IMG/VR virus record: IMGVR_UViG_3300027963_003275
Span: 10,774-74,773 of that record
Reading direction: 5' to 3' (one strand)
DNA: 64,000 nucleotides
Origin: a virus
Taxonomy: Duplodnaviria; Caudoviricetes
This document shows, in pieces, positions 18,691 through 28,974 of this stretch. The first letter of the stretch is position 1; each line of letters begins with the position of its first letter. The position numbers and the translations under genes were made by a program. The notes beneath the pieces were generated by a model. That model saw only the letters and a list, made by a program, of their open reading frames with translations, was not told where the DNA came from and made no database searches.

Positions 18691-19448
18691 AATATGCTAT
18701 TTGTTATAGAGGAATAAGTTATAAAGAAAATTATTTTAATGAACCAGGACTTAATTCTTACAATGTAGATTTTTGTGAATGTCTTCCTTCTAATAAAAAA
18801 TATCTTATTGATCCTTTAGTTGAAAAGAAAAATAATGTTGATGTGTTTTTTAATACATATGATTCACTTAGATTGAGTGAATATATAAATGAATTAAAAC
18901 CAGTAGATATAAATTTAAAACAATTTAATTCATCTATACAAAAATATAATTTTTCACATGTAACTCAAATTATAATTGATTCTCTTGAACAGATTAAGAA
19001 GTATCAAAATGATAATAATATTGAGTATGATTATATAATTTTAACAAGATTCGATATTGTTTTATTGAATGATTTTTCTGAAATATATTTGCCAGAAAAT
19101 GCTATTTCAGTTCCTACAAGAAATGATGATTGTTTTATTGTAATATCAGGAAATCTTTTAAATGATGCTATTGAAATTTATAAAAATAATCAACATAAAT
19201 GTATTACACATCATATGGTTTATAAATTTTTGGAAAATGGCATAAGATACCATGCAATGTATCCAAATAAACCTGGTGATGAATGTGGATATAAAGCACC
19301 TTTTTGGAGACTTGCGAGAGTTGTGCTTACTCCAGATGGACATAATGTTAAAGAATACAATTTAGAAGATGTTTATGATAAAAATTCTAAATATTATGGA
19401 TTTTTATATCCTCCACATGAAAAATATATTAAAGTTGCTTTAGAATAA
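18687..19448 (+). CDS. hypothetical protein, distant paralog of the preceding gene
   Basis: MKYAICYRG...VDVFFNTY...YDYIILTRFD. Confidence 0.55.
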   Translation: MKYAICYRGISYKENYFNEPGLNSYNVDFCECLPSNKKYLIDPLVEKKNNVDVFFNTYDSLRLSEYINELKPVDINLKQFNSSIQKYNFSHVTQIIIDSLEQIKKYQNDNNIEYDYIILTRFDIVLLNDFSEIYLPENAISVPTRNDDCFIVISGNLLNDAIEIYKNNQHKCITHHMVYKFLENGIRYHAMYPNKPGDECGYKAPFWRLARVVLTPDGHNVKEYNLEDVYDKNSKYYGFLYPPHEKYIKVALE

Positions 19449-19792
19449 TGAATAATACAATAAAAAAACCTTGGGGTTCTTATATAAATCTCCTTGATGA
19501 GGATTATACAAAAGTTAAAAAAATTATTATCAATCCAGAAGAAGCACCTAGTTATCAATATCATTTTAAAAGAAGTGAAGTTTGGATAATTGTGAAGGGT
19601 CAAGCAGAAGTTAAAATAAATGATGTTGTAATACAACATTTTGTTGGTGATGTTATTCGTATCCCAAAAGAAGCAGCACATCAAGTAAAAAATACTGGTG
19701 AAGATGAATTAATTTTTATTGAAGTTCAACTTGGTGAGTATTTTGGTGAAGATGATATTGTAAGATTGGAGGATAAGTATGGTAGAGTATAA
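19448..19792 (+). CDS. cupin, type II mannose-6-phosphate isomerase C-terminal domain
   Basis: KPWGSY, SYQYHFKRSEVW, IEVQLGEYFGEDDIVRLEDKYGR. Confidence 0.9.
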   Translation: MNNTIKKPWGSYINLLDEDYTKVKKIIINPEEAPSYQYHFKRSEVWIIVKGQAEVKINDVVIQHFVGDVIRIPKEAAHQVKNTGEDELIFIEVQLGEYFGEDDIVRLEDKYGRV

Positions 19793-21326
19793 GGTTCTAT
19801 TAACAACAAGTGGACTTGGATCTAGACTTGGAAACATAACTAAGTTTACTAACAAGAGTTTGGTGCGAGTAGGTGATAAAGCAGTGATTTCTCATATTAT
19901 TGAGACATATCCTAAAGATGTTGAGTTTATTGTAACACTGGGGCATTATGGATCTCATGTGAAACAGTATCTGTCTTTAGCACACCCAGATCGTAATATT
20001 ACTTTTGTTGAAGTTGGTAACTATATGGGAGAGGGTAGTAGTTTGCTCTATTCCATTTCCTTATGTGAAGAATATTTGCAGTGTCCTTTTGTCTTTCATG
20101 CTTGCGATACAATTCTTCCAAAAAATTATATTGCTGATGTTGATTTTTCATCTAACTGGTCTGTTGGTGGAATTGGAAACAATAGTCAGTCATATAGAAC
20201 TCTTAACTGTTTGAATGGAAAAATTTTATCCATCAATGAAAAGGGTGAGCAAAACTTTGACTATGTTTATATTGGAGTTTCTGGTTTTTATGATTATGAA
20301 ATTTTCTGGAACACATGTAAAAATATTCTTAAAACAGTTAATACTAATGATTTAAGTGATTGTCATGTTATTCGCAAGATGAATGATTTTTCAGTTGTAT
20401 CTATTGGTGATTGGCATGATATTGGAAATATTGACGCACTCAAAAGAACTCGTTCAAAAATGAAAGAAACAATACAAGTTCTTGATAAGGAAGATGAAAA
20501 TATTTTTATCTTTGATGATTTTGTGATTAAGTTTTTTCATAATAAAAAGATTTGTTATGATAGGGTGCTAAGAAGTGCCAGTTTAAGTGGTTTAACTCCT
20601 AAACTTTTAGATAGCACTGAAAACTTTTATAAGTATGAATATGTTGTAGCAGACTTGTTATCTGATGTTGTAAACCGTATTAAGTTTTCTGAATTGTTGC
20701 ACTGGGCAAAAGAAAACCTCTGGGTTTCTAAAGAACAAGAAAACTTTTTTGATAATGCACTATCTTTTTACAAAGATAAAACTTTAATGAGAATTGAAAA
20801 GTTTTTAGATAAACATAATTTATTAGATAAAGTGGATTATATCAATGGTATTGAAGTTCCTAAAATTAAAGATCTCATCTCGCAAATAAAATTTGAAGAT
20901 ATTGTAGGTAAAAGACCTACAGGATTTCATGGTGATTTTATTCTTGATAACATCTTAACTTCAGAGTCATTTACATTAATTGATTGGAGACAAGATTTTA
21001 ATGGCATAATTGAGTCTGGTGATATGAATTATGATCTTGCTAAGTTAAATCATAATTTAGTGTTAAATCATGACATGTTATATCATAATTATTTTGAGAT
21101 TTATTTTTCTGAAAGTATTACTTGTGATGTTCATGTAAAAAAATCTTTAATTGACTGTAAGAGTATTCTTAAAGAATTTTGTGAAGAGAATGATATAAAC
21201 TTTAATAGTATTGAAATACTTACTTCTTTAATATGGATTAATATGTCTCCCCTACATGAGCATCCACTTGATATGTTTTTATATTATTTTGGAAAGTATA
21301 ATTTGTTTCTATCGTTATCTAAATGA
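19779..21326 (+). CDS. nucleotidyltransferase fused to APH/choline-kinase-like phosphotransferase
   Basis: N-terminal SGLGSRL....NKSL and WHDIGN; C-terminal HGDFILDNIL, LIDWR, YDLAKL. Confidence 0.8.
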   Translation: MVEYKVLLTTSGLGSRLGNITKFTNKSLVRVGDKAVISHIIETYPKDVEFIVTLGHYGSHVKQYLSLAHPDRNITFVEVGNYMGEGSSLLYSISLCEEYLQCPFVFHACDTILPKNYIADVDFSSNWSVGGIGNNSQSYRTLNCLNGKILSINEKGEQNFDYVYIGVSGFYDYEIFWNTCKNILKTVNTNDLSDCHVIRKMNDFSVVSIGDWHDIGNIDALKRTRSKMKETIQVLDKEDENIFIFDDFVIKFFHNKKICYDRVLRSASLSGLTPKLLDSTENFYKYEYVVADLLSDVVNRIKFSELLHWAKENLWVSKEQENFFDNALSFYKDKTLMRIEKFLDKHNLLDKVDYINGIEVPKIKDLISQIKFEDIVGKRPTGFHGDFILDNILTSESFTLIDWRQDFNGIIESGDMNYDLAKLNHNLVLNHDMLYHNYFEIYFSESITCDVHVKKSLIDCKSILKEFCEENDINFNSIEILTSLIWINMSPLHEHPLDMFLYYFGKYNLFLSLSK

Positions 21327-22312
21327 AATTCCCAAAATATTACATAGGACCGATGAGTAAAAATGTTGTTGACTGTGTTATTGAACACAGTCAAAAATAT
21401 CCTATTGGTCTTATTCCATCAAGAAGGCAGGTGGATTATTGTGGTGGTTATGTGAATAAATGGGATACTGGAAGTTTTTCAAACTACCTCAAAAGCAAAA
21501 AAGTTTTACTATGTAGAGATCATGGTGGACCAAAACAAGGTTTAAATGAAGATGATGGTATTGAATCTTTTTTAAATGACTGTGAAAACTTACAATTAAT
21601 TCACATTGATCCATTTAAAGACTCTACTTCTGTGTATGAAGCAGCAGAAAAAACCGTATCTTACATAAAACTTTGTTTTTCAAAAAATCCAAAAGTTTTT
21701 TATGAAGTGGGAACAGAAGAAGCAATTTTTAAATATGAACCAGAACATTTGAATCGGTTTCTTTCATATTTAAAACTATATCTTACTGAGGAAGAATTTT
21801 TACAAATTAAATATGCTGTTGTTCAATCTGGAACAAGACTTGATTTATCAACTAGAACTAATACTGGAAACTTTAATAATAACAGACTTCTTAACTTTAT
21901 TGAAGTTGTAAAAGAATTTAATTTGATGAGTAAAGAGCATAATGGAGATTACTTAATTGATTCATTTGATGTTGGGACTCGTTATGCCTCTGGACTTGAT
22001 GCAATTAATATTGCACCAGAATTTGGACAAATAGAGTCTGAGTTTTATTTGGAACAGTGTAAAGGAAGTTCTTTATTTGATGATCTATATGAAATATGCT
22101 ATACTTCTGGTAAATGGAAAAAATGGATTTTTAACTTAAATAGAGTCTCAAAAGAACAAATCATCATCACCTGTTGTCATTATGTTTTATCAGATCAACA
22201 GTTTGAAGATAAAATAAAAAAACATTTTGAAAATGCTGATAAATTAATACAGAAAAAAATTAATTCTAAATTAAAATTATTAAATGAACAAACAAAAAAT
22301 TATTGCATTTGA
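21323..22312 (+). CDS. TIM-barrel protein of tagatose-bisphosphate aldolase/epimerase (GatZ/KbaZ-like) type
   Basis: SRRQVD..GGY, RDHGGP, IHIDP, YEVGTEE, KEHNGDY, NIAPEFG. Confidence 0.7.
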   Translation: MKFPKYYIGPMSKNVVDCVIEHSQKYPIGLIPSRRQVDYCGGYVNKWDTGSFSNYLKSKKVLLCRDHGGPKQGLNEDDGIESFLNDCENLQLIHIDPFKDSTSVYEAAEKTVSYIKLCFSKNPKVFYEVGTEEAIFKYEPEHLNRFLSYLKLYLTEEEFLQIKYAVVQSGTRLDLSTRTNTGNFNNNRLLNFIEVVKEFNLMSKEHNGDYLIDSFDVGTRYASGLDAINIAPEFGQIESEFYLEQCKGSSLFDDLYEICYTSGKWKKWIFNLNRVSKEQIIITCCHYVLSDQQFEDKIKKHFENADKLIQKKINSKLKLLNEQTKNYCI

Positions 22313-22658
22313 TTTGGATGACGTTCTTTGTACTCGTCATTTAAAATATGATTATCTTGGTCCAAAAAAATATCTTCATTGCGAACCAATTCAAACAAAT
22401 ATTAAAATTGTTAATGAGTTATACGATAAAGGAAATGTTATTGTGATTTATACTGCCAGAGGAATGACTCAGTTTTCTGGGGATGTTTCTAGAATATATT
22501 CTGAATTATATCAAATAACTTATAATTGTTTAAAAACTTGGGGAGTACAATTTCATCAACTTGTAATGGGAAAAATAAGTTATGATGTATTAATAGATGA
22601 TAAATGTTTAAATTCTAATAATATAACTCTAGATTACATTAAAAAATTTCTTGAATAA
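22284..22658 (+). CDS. HAD-family phosphatase (capsule biosynthesis type)
   Basis: FDLDDVLC, IYTARG, MGK...IDDK. Confidence 0.85.
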   Translation: MNKQKIIAFDLDDVLCTRHLKYDYLGPKKYLHCEPIQTNIKIVNELYDKGNVIVIYTARGMTQFSGDVSRIYSELYQITYNCLKTWGVQFHQLVMGKISYDVLIDDKCLNSNNITLDYIKKFLE

Positions 22659-22661
22659 AAA

Positions 22662-23411
22662 ATGAAAAAAATTAAAAAAATCACAATATGTCTTCACTGT
22701 GGTTGCAGTAGAGAAATTGTAAATTACCAAATGGAACAATTAGATTCCTTGAATCTAAAGTATAAAGTGTCGTGGAATAATAGGATTGATAGAAATCCTG
22801 GAATGTATGAATCTTATTCAGAACTAATAAATCATTCTGTTGCAACTTCCAATGATGAATGGATTATTTTAATTAATGATAGAACACATCCAACTGTTGA
22901 TGAAGTTGAAAAAATGATTAGACTTCTTGAAAGTGGATATGCGTGTGTTCTTCTTTATAATGTTGGATTTATGGGATTTTCCAAAGAACTTATAAGAACC
23001 ATTGGATGGTGGGATCAAAGATTTACTTATGGTGGATGGGAGGATCGTGATTGGGTGTGGAGAATCAAAAAGGCAAATCTAGCATTATATGAAAGTCAAG
23101 AAGGTACTTATGATATGAGTTGGAAGTCTCCATTGAATGTTCCTGGAGCAGTTTTATCTGGACAATTTTGGGATAAAAAATATGATACATCCAATTCACA
23201 TGTTGTTTACCAAAAAATATCTGAAGAAGAATATCCAAAATGGGATATAAATTTGGGAGAATCCAACGAAGATATAAAAAATTCTTGGAAAACTTGGAAT
23301 GAATCTAAACTAAATATAATGTATAATCAGATTTATAGACCTGGATCTGGTCCTTCTGGTTCAGCAATTTTAAATAATAGAAACATTGTAGAGGTATTTA
23401 ATGAACATTGA
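22662..23411 (+). CDS. GT2-like glycosyltransferase
   Basis: IILINDR, IGWWDQRF..GGWEDRDW. Confidence 0.7.
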   Translation: MKKIKKITICLHCGCSREIVNYQMEQLDSLNLKYKVSWNNRIDRNPGMYESYSELINHSVATSNDEWIILINDRTHPTVDEVEKMIRLLESGYACVLLYNVGFMGFSKELIRTIGWWDQRFTYGGWEDRDWVWRIKKANLALYESQEGTYDMSWKSPLNVPGAVLSGQFWDKKYDTSNSHVVYQKISEEEYPKWDINLGESNEDIKNSWKTWNESKLNIMYNQIYRPGSGPSGSAILNNRNIVEVFNEH

Positions 23412-24021
23412 TCAAATAGAAATTGATATTCTTAACTCAAAAGAGTATCCAAAAGATGATTTTCCAATTCCATGTGGAAGAAATACTTTTTATACAGAAT
23501 GTATGGAATATGTTAAGGATAGGGAAGGTTTATTTTTAGAATTTGGTGTTTTTCAGGGTGGAACTATTAATTTTATGTCTTCAATTTTAAAAGATAAAAT
23601 CTTTTATGGATTTGATTCTTTTGAAGGTCTTCCTGAAGATTGGGATGGAGGGGATCATAGCATACATCCTGCTGGATGGTTTAAAACTGAAATTCCTATT
23701 GTAAATGATAATGTGAATCTTATTGCTGGATGGTACGATCAAACATTGGAAAAGTTTTTGGAAAATTATACATCTAGTATTTCCTTTATTCATCTTGATT
23801 GTGATATCTATTCTTCCCACAGTTATGTTCTTGAAAAACTTGAAAATCGCATTGAGGATGATTGTCTAATTATATTTGATGATTTTTTGAATTTCCCTAA
23901 TTATAAAAATCATAGCATTAAGGTATTTTTGGAATTTTTGGAAAGAAATAAGTTCTCATATAAACCATTTGGGCATATTAGGGAAGATTATTCTAGATGT
24001 GCTTTTATTGTAAAAAAATAA
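23401..24021 (+). CDS. TylF/MycF-like SAM-dependent O-methyltransferase
   Basis: LEFGVFQG, GFDSFEGLPE, HLDCDIYSS, IFDD. Confidence 0.85.
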   Translation: MNIDQIEIDILNSKEYPKDDFPIPCGRNTFYTECMEYVKDREGLFLEFGVFQGGTINFMSSILKDKIFYGFDSFEGLPEDWDGGDHSIHPAGWFKTEIPIVNDNVNLIAGWYDQTLEKFLENYTSSISFIHLDCDIYSSHSYVLEKLENRIEDDCLIIFDDFLNFPNYKNHSIKVFLEFLERNKFSYKPFGHIREDYSRCAFIVKK

Positions 24022-24036
24022 AGTATTAATTTAATA

Positions 24037-25002
24037 ATGAGAATTCTTTTTATAACAACTCAAAATCCAACAAAACAAGGAGATCTTTTGGAAGTATCCT
24101 TACTTCGTGGATTGAGAGAATTGTTAGGTGATGATTGTGTCGATTATCCAAGAAAAAAAATTATGTATCATGATTTTTCTGATACACCCAAAGAAACTCT
24201 TCATGGTAGAGGATTTTCTTTGCTGACAACTCCAATATCTGAAATTAAAAATAGAGATATTTTTAATCAAAAATTTGATATAGTTCTTTATGGTGATGGA
24301 CATATGTATGGAGAAGATCCATATATTGAGGGTATAAATGAATTAGCAGATGGAAATACTTGGATAATTGATGGTCATGATTTATATGGAAATGCCCCAA
24401 GAAAAATATTATATGATGGTGAAGAAATTATAGGAACTCAATTTACTAATTGCTTTAAACGAGAATTAATTGAGGAAGATGATGATGATACAGTATTTCC
24501 TACAGGATTTGGTATTCCAGAAGAAAGAATAATGGAAATGGATTTTTCTATTAAGGATCAACTCTATCAAAAAACTGCTCCAGCATTTTCTTTATTTGAA
24601 AATATAAATGACATTGGTGGTGGATTTTCTCATCATAAATTTGAAATTGAGGAAGAGTATTACGATGATCTTTCTAGATCATGGTTTGGTCTTACTTGCA
24701 AAAAAGGTGGATGGGATTGTTTGAGGCATTATGAAATTATTGCTGCAGGATCTTTGCTTCTTTTTAGAGATTATGATAAAAAACCAAAATTATGCTCACC
24801 ACAGGAACTACCTTGCTTTTCTTACAGAACTAAAAATGAACTATATAATTTGATGTCCAAATTAGTAGTGGATAATAAACCAACACAAGAATATTTGGAT
24901 ATGATTGACACACAAAGACAATGGTTGTATAATGTTGGAACAACTTTAGCTCGTGCTAAAAATATGATTCAAAATTTAAAAAAATACTTAGAGATAAAAT
25001 GA
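24037..25002 (+). CDS. putative GT-B glycosyltransferase
   Basis: IDGHD, FKREL, SWFGLTCKKGGWDCLRHYEIIAAG. Confidence 0.6.
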   Translation: MRILFITTQNPTKQGDLLEVSLLRGLRELLGDDCVDYPRKKIMYHDFSDTPKETLHGRGFSLLTTPISEIKNRDIFNQKFDIVLYGDGHMYGEDPYIEGINELADGNTWIIDGHDLYGNAPRKILYDGEEIIGTQFTNCFKRELIEEDDDDTVFPTGFGIPEERIMEMDFSIKDQLYQKTAPAFSLFENINDIGGGFSHHKFEIEEEYYDDLSRSWFGLTCKKGGWDCLRHYEIIAAGSLLLFRDYDKKPKLCSPQELPCFSYRTKNELYNLMSKLVVDNKPTQEYLDMIDTQRQWLYNVGTTLARAKNMIQNLKKYLEIK

Positions 25003-25649
25003 GTTACTCTTTACACAATTTGGATACATTGATGTTGGAATATATCAATTATACTGATGGATTTTTTGTAGAAGCCGGTGCCAATGATGGACTTTCTCAA
25101 TCTAATACTGCTCTGTATGAATTTGATTACGGTTGGAACGGGTTATTAGTAGAACCAAACTTTAAAAAATATCTTGATTGTAAAAAAATTAGAAAAAATT
25201 CTATAGTTGAAAATTATGCTTTAGTTAGTTCAAATTACACACATAAAACAATAAAAGGTGATTTTGACAATCAAGATTGTCAAAATAGTCTTATGTCTAT
25301 GGTAATTGATGATGGTGATTATCAAGATGATAATCTTTTATACTACAGAAATGAAAAAGTAAAAAATAATAAGATAATAGAAGTTCCCGTAATAACGATA
25401 GATGAACTTTTGACTGTACATAAAATATCTAAAATTGATTTTTTTTCTTTGGATGTTGAAGGATATGAAATATCAGTTTTAAATGGAATGGATTTTTCCA
25501 ACATAAGACCTAAATATTTTTTAATAGAAACCGCAAATAAAGAAAACTATCAAAAAACTGTTAGGAACTATATGAAAGATAAAGATTATTGTTTTATTAC
25601 AAGATTAAGTGGAAATGATGATTTATTTGTAGATAATACTATAGGATGA
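24999..25649 (+). CDS. FkbM-family methyltransferase
   Basis: FVEAGANDG..QSNT, WNGLLVEP, SLDVEGYE. Confidence 0.88.
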   Translation: MSYSLHNLDTLMLEYINYTDGFFVEAGANDGLSQSNTALYEFDYGWNGLLVEPNFKKYLDCKKIRKNSIVENYALVSSNYTHKTIKGDFDNQDCQNSLMSMVIDDGDYQDDNLLYYRNEKVKNNKIIEVPVITIDELLTVHKISKIDFFSLDVEGYEISVLNGMDFSNIRPKYFLIETANKENYQKTVRNYMKDKDYCFITRLSGNDDLFVDNTIG

Positions 25650-25656
25650 TATCAAT

Positions 25657-26583
25657 ATGGAAAAAATATTTTTAACTGGTGGAACTGGATTTCTTGGAAA
25701 AGAAATAATAAAAAAATACTATGGTACTCATGAAATATCTGTTTATTCTAGGGATGAAGCTAAACAGTATTATTTGAAAAAGCAATATCCTAATTTGAAC
25801 TGTATTTGTGGTGATGTTAGAAATTTTGATTTATTAAAAAGAGTATCTAAAGGTCACGATATTGGAATTTTTGCTGCATCATTTAAACAAATACAAGCCT
25901 GCCATGATAACTATGAAGAGGCAAATCAAGTCATAGTTCAAGGAGCTTTTAATAGTAGAAAATGTTCGGAGGATAATGGATTTAAATCTGCTTGTTTCAT
26001 TTCAAGTGATAAGAGTAGGTCTGCAACAACAATTTATGGGGCAATGAAGTATGTTGCTGGAGAATCTTTTATTTCAAATTATGAAAAATCAAACGTAAAT
26101 TTAAGCACAGTAGTTTATGGTAATGTCTTGAATAGCACTGGAAGTATTCTACCACTTATTTGGAAAAGTATTTTGGAGGGATTTAGTTTATCTCTTTATG
26201 GTGAAGATATGACTAGATTTTTTATAGAAGTTAAGGATGCTGTTGAATTAATTGAGACAGCTTTGAATTATACAGGATATAATGTTATTCCCATAATTCA
26301 CAGTATTAAAATTAAAGATTTATTTGATATTTTTAAAGAAGAATTTGGATTAAAATATTCTGTTTCAACTTTAAGAAGTTGTGAAAAGAATCATGAAATA
26401 ATGGCATCTTCAGATGAACTACCTAGAATGAAAAAGAAGAATAACGTATACTTAATGCACCAAACTGAAATTTATAATAAACTTCAGTTTCAAAATAATC
26501 AATATTCCTCACAAGATTTTGTCATTAGTCGAGAAGTATTGTATAATATTTTGAAAGCTAATAATTTTTATAAACCGTTATGA
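25657..26583 (+). CDS. UDP-GlcNAc 4,6-dehydratase-like SDR (CapD/PseB/FnlA type)
   Basis: TGGTGFLG, YSRDEAKQ, GDVR, SSDK, YGAMK, YGNVLNSTGS. Confidence 0.85.
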   Translation: MEKIFLTGGTGFLGKEIIKKYYGTHEISVYSRDEAKQYYLKKQYPNLNCICGDVRNFDLLKRVSKGHDIGIFAASFKQIQACHDNYEEANQVIVQGAFNSRKCSEDNGFKSACFISSDKSRSATTIYGAMKYVAGESFISNYEKSNVNLSTVVYGNVLNSTGSILPLIWKSILEGFSLSLYGEDMTRFFIEVKDAVELIETALNYTGYNVIPIIHSIKIKDLFDIFKEEFGLKYSVSTLRSCEKNHEIMASSDELPRMKKKNNVYLMHQTEIYNKLQFQNNQYSSQDFVISREVLYNILKANNFYKPL

Positions 26584-27371
26584 GAATTTTTATTTTTGGC
26601 TCCAGTGGAATGTTGGGAACCTATTTGGTTAAATATTTAAAAAATAATTTCAATGTAGTTCCAATCACAAGAAATGAATTTGATTTATTATCCGATTTTA
26701 AATTATTAAAAGAAAAATATGATTTCAATTCTTCTGATATTATTATCAATGCTGCAGGTATAATAAAACAAAGGAATTTTCATTATGAAGAATTGATTGT
26801 AGTTAATAGTTTATTTCCACATTTTTTATCTCAGTTGAAAAATGAATATAATTGTAAAGTTATTCATATATCAACTGATTGTGTTTTTAGTGGAAAAGAT
26901 GGGGGATATAATGAAGATTCACCTCATGATTGTGTAGATGAATATGGGAAAAGTAAATCTTTAGGTGAAAATGAGAATCTAACTATTATTAGGACCTCAA
27001 TTATAGGAGAAGAAATAAGAAATAAAAAATCTCTTCTTGAGTGGATTTGCTCTAAATCAAATTCAGATGTAAATGGATATATTAATCATTTTTGGAATGG
27101 AGTTACTTGTTTAGAATTGAGCAAACAGATTGAAACTATTATCATTGAACATAAATACTGGGAAGGGATTAAACATTATTATTCATATGATAATGTTAGT
27201 AAATATCAGTTGATTTCATTTATAAATGAAATCTATAAACTGAATAATAATATAATTCCAATAATAGAAAAATATTGTGATAGGACGTTAACATCAAAAT
27301 TTAGTTGCCCTGTTAAAAAAACAATAAAAGAGCAGATTGTAGAAATGAAAAATTTTACTATACATCATTAA
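26580..27371 (+). CDS. RmlD-like NDP-4-keto-sugar reductase
   Basis: GSSGMLG, HISTDCVFSG, YGKSK, RTSIIG. Confidence 0.85.
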   Translation: MRIFIFGSSGMLGTYLVKYLKNNFNVVPITRNEFDLLSDFKLLKEKYDFNSSDIIINAAGIIKQRNFHYEELIVVNSLFPHFLSQLKNEYNCKVIHISTDCVFSGKDGGYNEDSPHDCVDEYGKSKSLGENENLTIIRTSIIGEEIRNKKSLLEWICSKSNSDVNGYINHFWNGVTCLELSKQIETIIIEHKYWEGIKHYYSYDNVSKYQLISFINEIYKLNNNIIPIIEKYCDRTLTSKFSCPVKKTIKEQIVEMKNFTIHH

Positions 27372-27403
27372 TTATTAAAAAATTTACATAAATTGAGATT
27401 TAA

Positions 27404-28393
27404 ATGAAAATAGCATTCCATAGTTATCAACTGGGCGATCGGGGAACTGAAATTTGTTTGTATAAGTATGCAAAATACAATAGAGAAATTCTAGGTAATG
27501 AATCTATTATTATTTCTACTAGTTCTAGACCTACTCCATCTTTGGATAGATTTAAAGATTTTGAAACTATTCTCTACCCAGATGTGTGGATCAATGATGG
27601 TAAAAATGATTCTCTTCGTAATACTTTAGAAAATATTTGCGAAAAAAATAATGTAGATGTTTTTTATGCTATTAAAGGTGGAGAAGATGATGGATTTATG
27701 CCAACTAATACTAAAAGATTAGCACACTGTATTTTTAGAATGGATCAACCTCATGGAGATGTGTATTCTGGGGTGTGTAAGTATATTTCAGAGAAACATG
27801 GTGGAATACATCCATATGTTCATCACATTTTAGAAAAGGAAGCACCAGAAGTTGAAGATGATTTTAGAGAAGAATTTGGCATTCCTAAAGATGCTTTAGT
27901 TCTTGGTAGACATGGTGGATATGATACTTTTAATTTGTCATTTGCACATTCTTCTATTCGATCTGCTTTGGAGAAAAGAAAAGATCTTTGGTTTGTTTTT
28001 TTAAACACAAATCCTTTTATCTATCACGAAAGGGTAATTTATTTGCCTTGGACTATGGATGAAAAATACAAAGCAAAATTCGTAAATACATGCGATGCAA
28101 TGATTCATGCTAGATATGATGGTGAAATTTTTAGTTTGTCTACTGCTGAATTTTCAATTAGAAATAAACCAGTTATAACTTGGAATCCACCAAATCCTCC
28201 AAGTCATTATGATACTGGGCATATTTATCTTATGAAAGATGATGCTATTTACTATAATGATGAAAATGAATTACTTTTTATTTTAATAAATTTGGATAAA
28301 AATGAAATAAAAAATTTAGAATGGGGTAAATATTGTAGTGATTATACTGCAGAAAAAGTAATGAATGAATTTGAAGAGGTTTATTTAAAATGA
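27404..28393 (+). CDS. GT-B (GT4-like) glycosyltransferase
   Basis: RGTEICLYKYA, GRHGGYDTF, CDAMIHARYDGEIF. Confidence 0.75.
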   Translation: MKIAFHSYQLGDRGTEICLYKYAKYNREILGNESIIISTSSRPTPSLDRFKDFETILYPDVWINDGKNDSLRNTLENICEKNNVDVFYAIKGGEDDGFMPTNTKRLAHCIFRMDQPHGDVYSGVCKYISEKHGGIHPYVHHILEKEAPEVEDDFREEFGIPKDALVLGRHGGYDTFNLSFAHSSIRSALEKRKDLWFVFLNTNPFIYHERVIYLPWTMDEKYKAKFVNTCDAMIHARYDGEIFSLSTAEFSIRNKPVITWNPPNPPSHYDTGHIYLMKDDAIYYNDENELLFILINLDKNEIKNLEWGKYCSDYTAEKVMNEFEEVYLK

Positions 28394-28974
28394 AAAAAGT
28401 TTTTATTGATTGTGGTTCTAATGTTGGGCAAGGATTGAGGCAATTTATTAATATGTTTAATATTAATAGTGAGTGGGAAATACATTGCTATGAACCAACA
28501 CCAAATTTATATTTGGAACAAGATTTACTTAATTTGCCAAATGTGACATTACATAAATCTGCAGTGTGGAATAAAAACGGGACAATAAAATTTTCTCTTT
28601 GTATCCCAAGTGAAAAATGGGAAGAGGCATCTCAGGGATCTTCAGTTTTGGGTTTATTGGATTTAGAAGAATGTATAGATCCAAATTCCAATCAATTTAG
28701 GTTAAATGATAATATAGTAGATGTTGAATCAATTGATATTAATGATATATTAAAAAAATATTCTAAAGATGATTATATTATTGTAAAACTTGATATTGAA
28801 GGTTCTGAATTTGAAGTTTGTAGAAGACTTTTGGAAGGCAATGAAATAGTTAAAATAAATGAACTTTTTGTAGAATGGCATACTAGACTGATGGATTCTG
28901 AATCTATAGAATCTGAAAATAGTATTAAAGATTCTATCAGAAGATGTGGTGTAAATTTACATGATTGGCATTGA
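28390..28974 (+). CDS. FkbM-family methyltransferase
   Basis: FIDCGSNVG, YEP, KLDIEGSEF, VEWH. Confidence 0.85.
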   Translation: MKKVFIDCGSNVGQGLRQFINMFNINSEWEIHCYEPTPNLYLEQDLLNLPNVTLHKSAVWNKNGTIKFSLCIPSEKWEEASQGSSVLGLLDLEECIDPNSNQFRLNDNIVDVESIDINDILKKYSKDDYIIVKLDIEGSEFEVCRRLLEGNEIVKINELFVEWHTRLMDSESIESENSIKDSIRRCGVNLHDWH

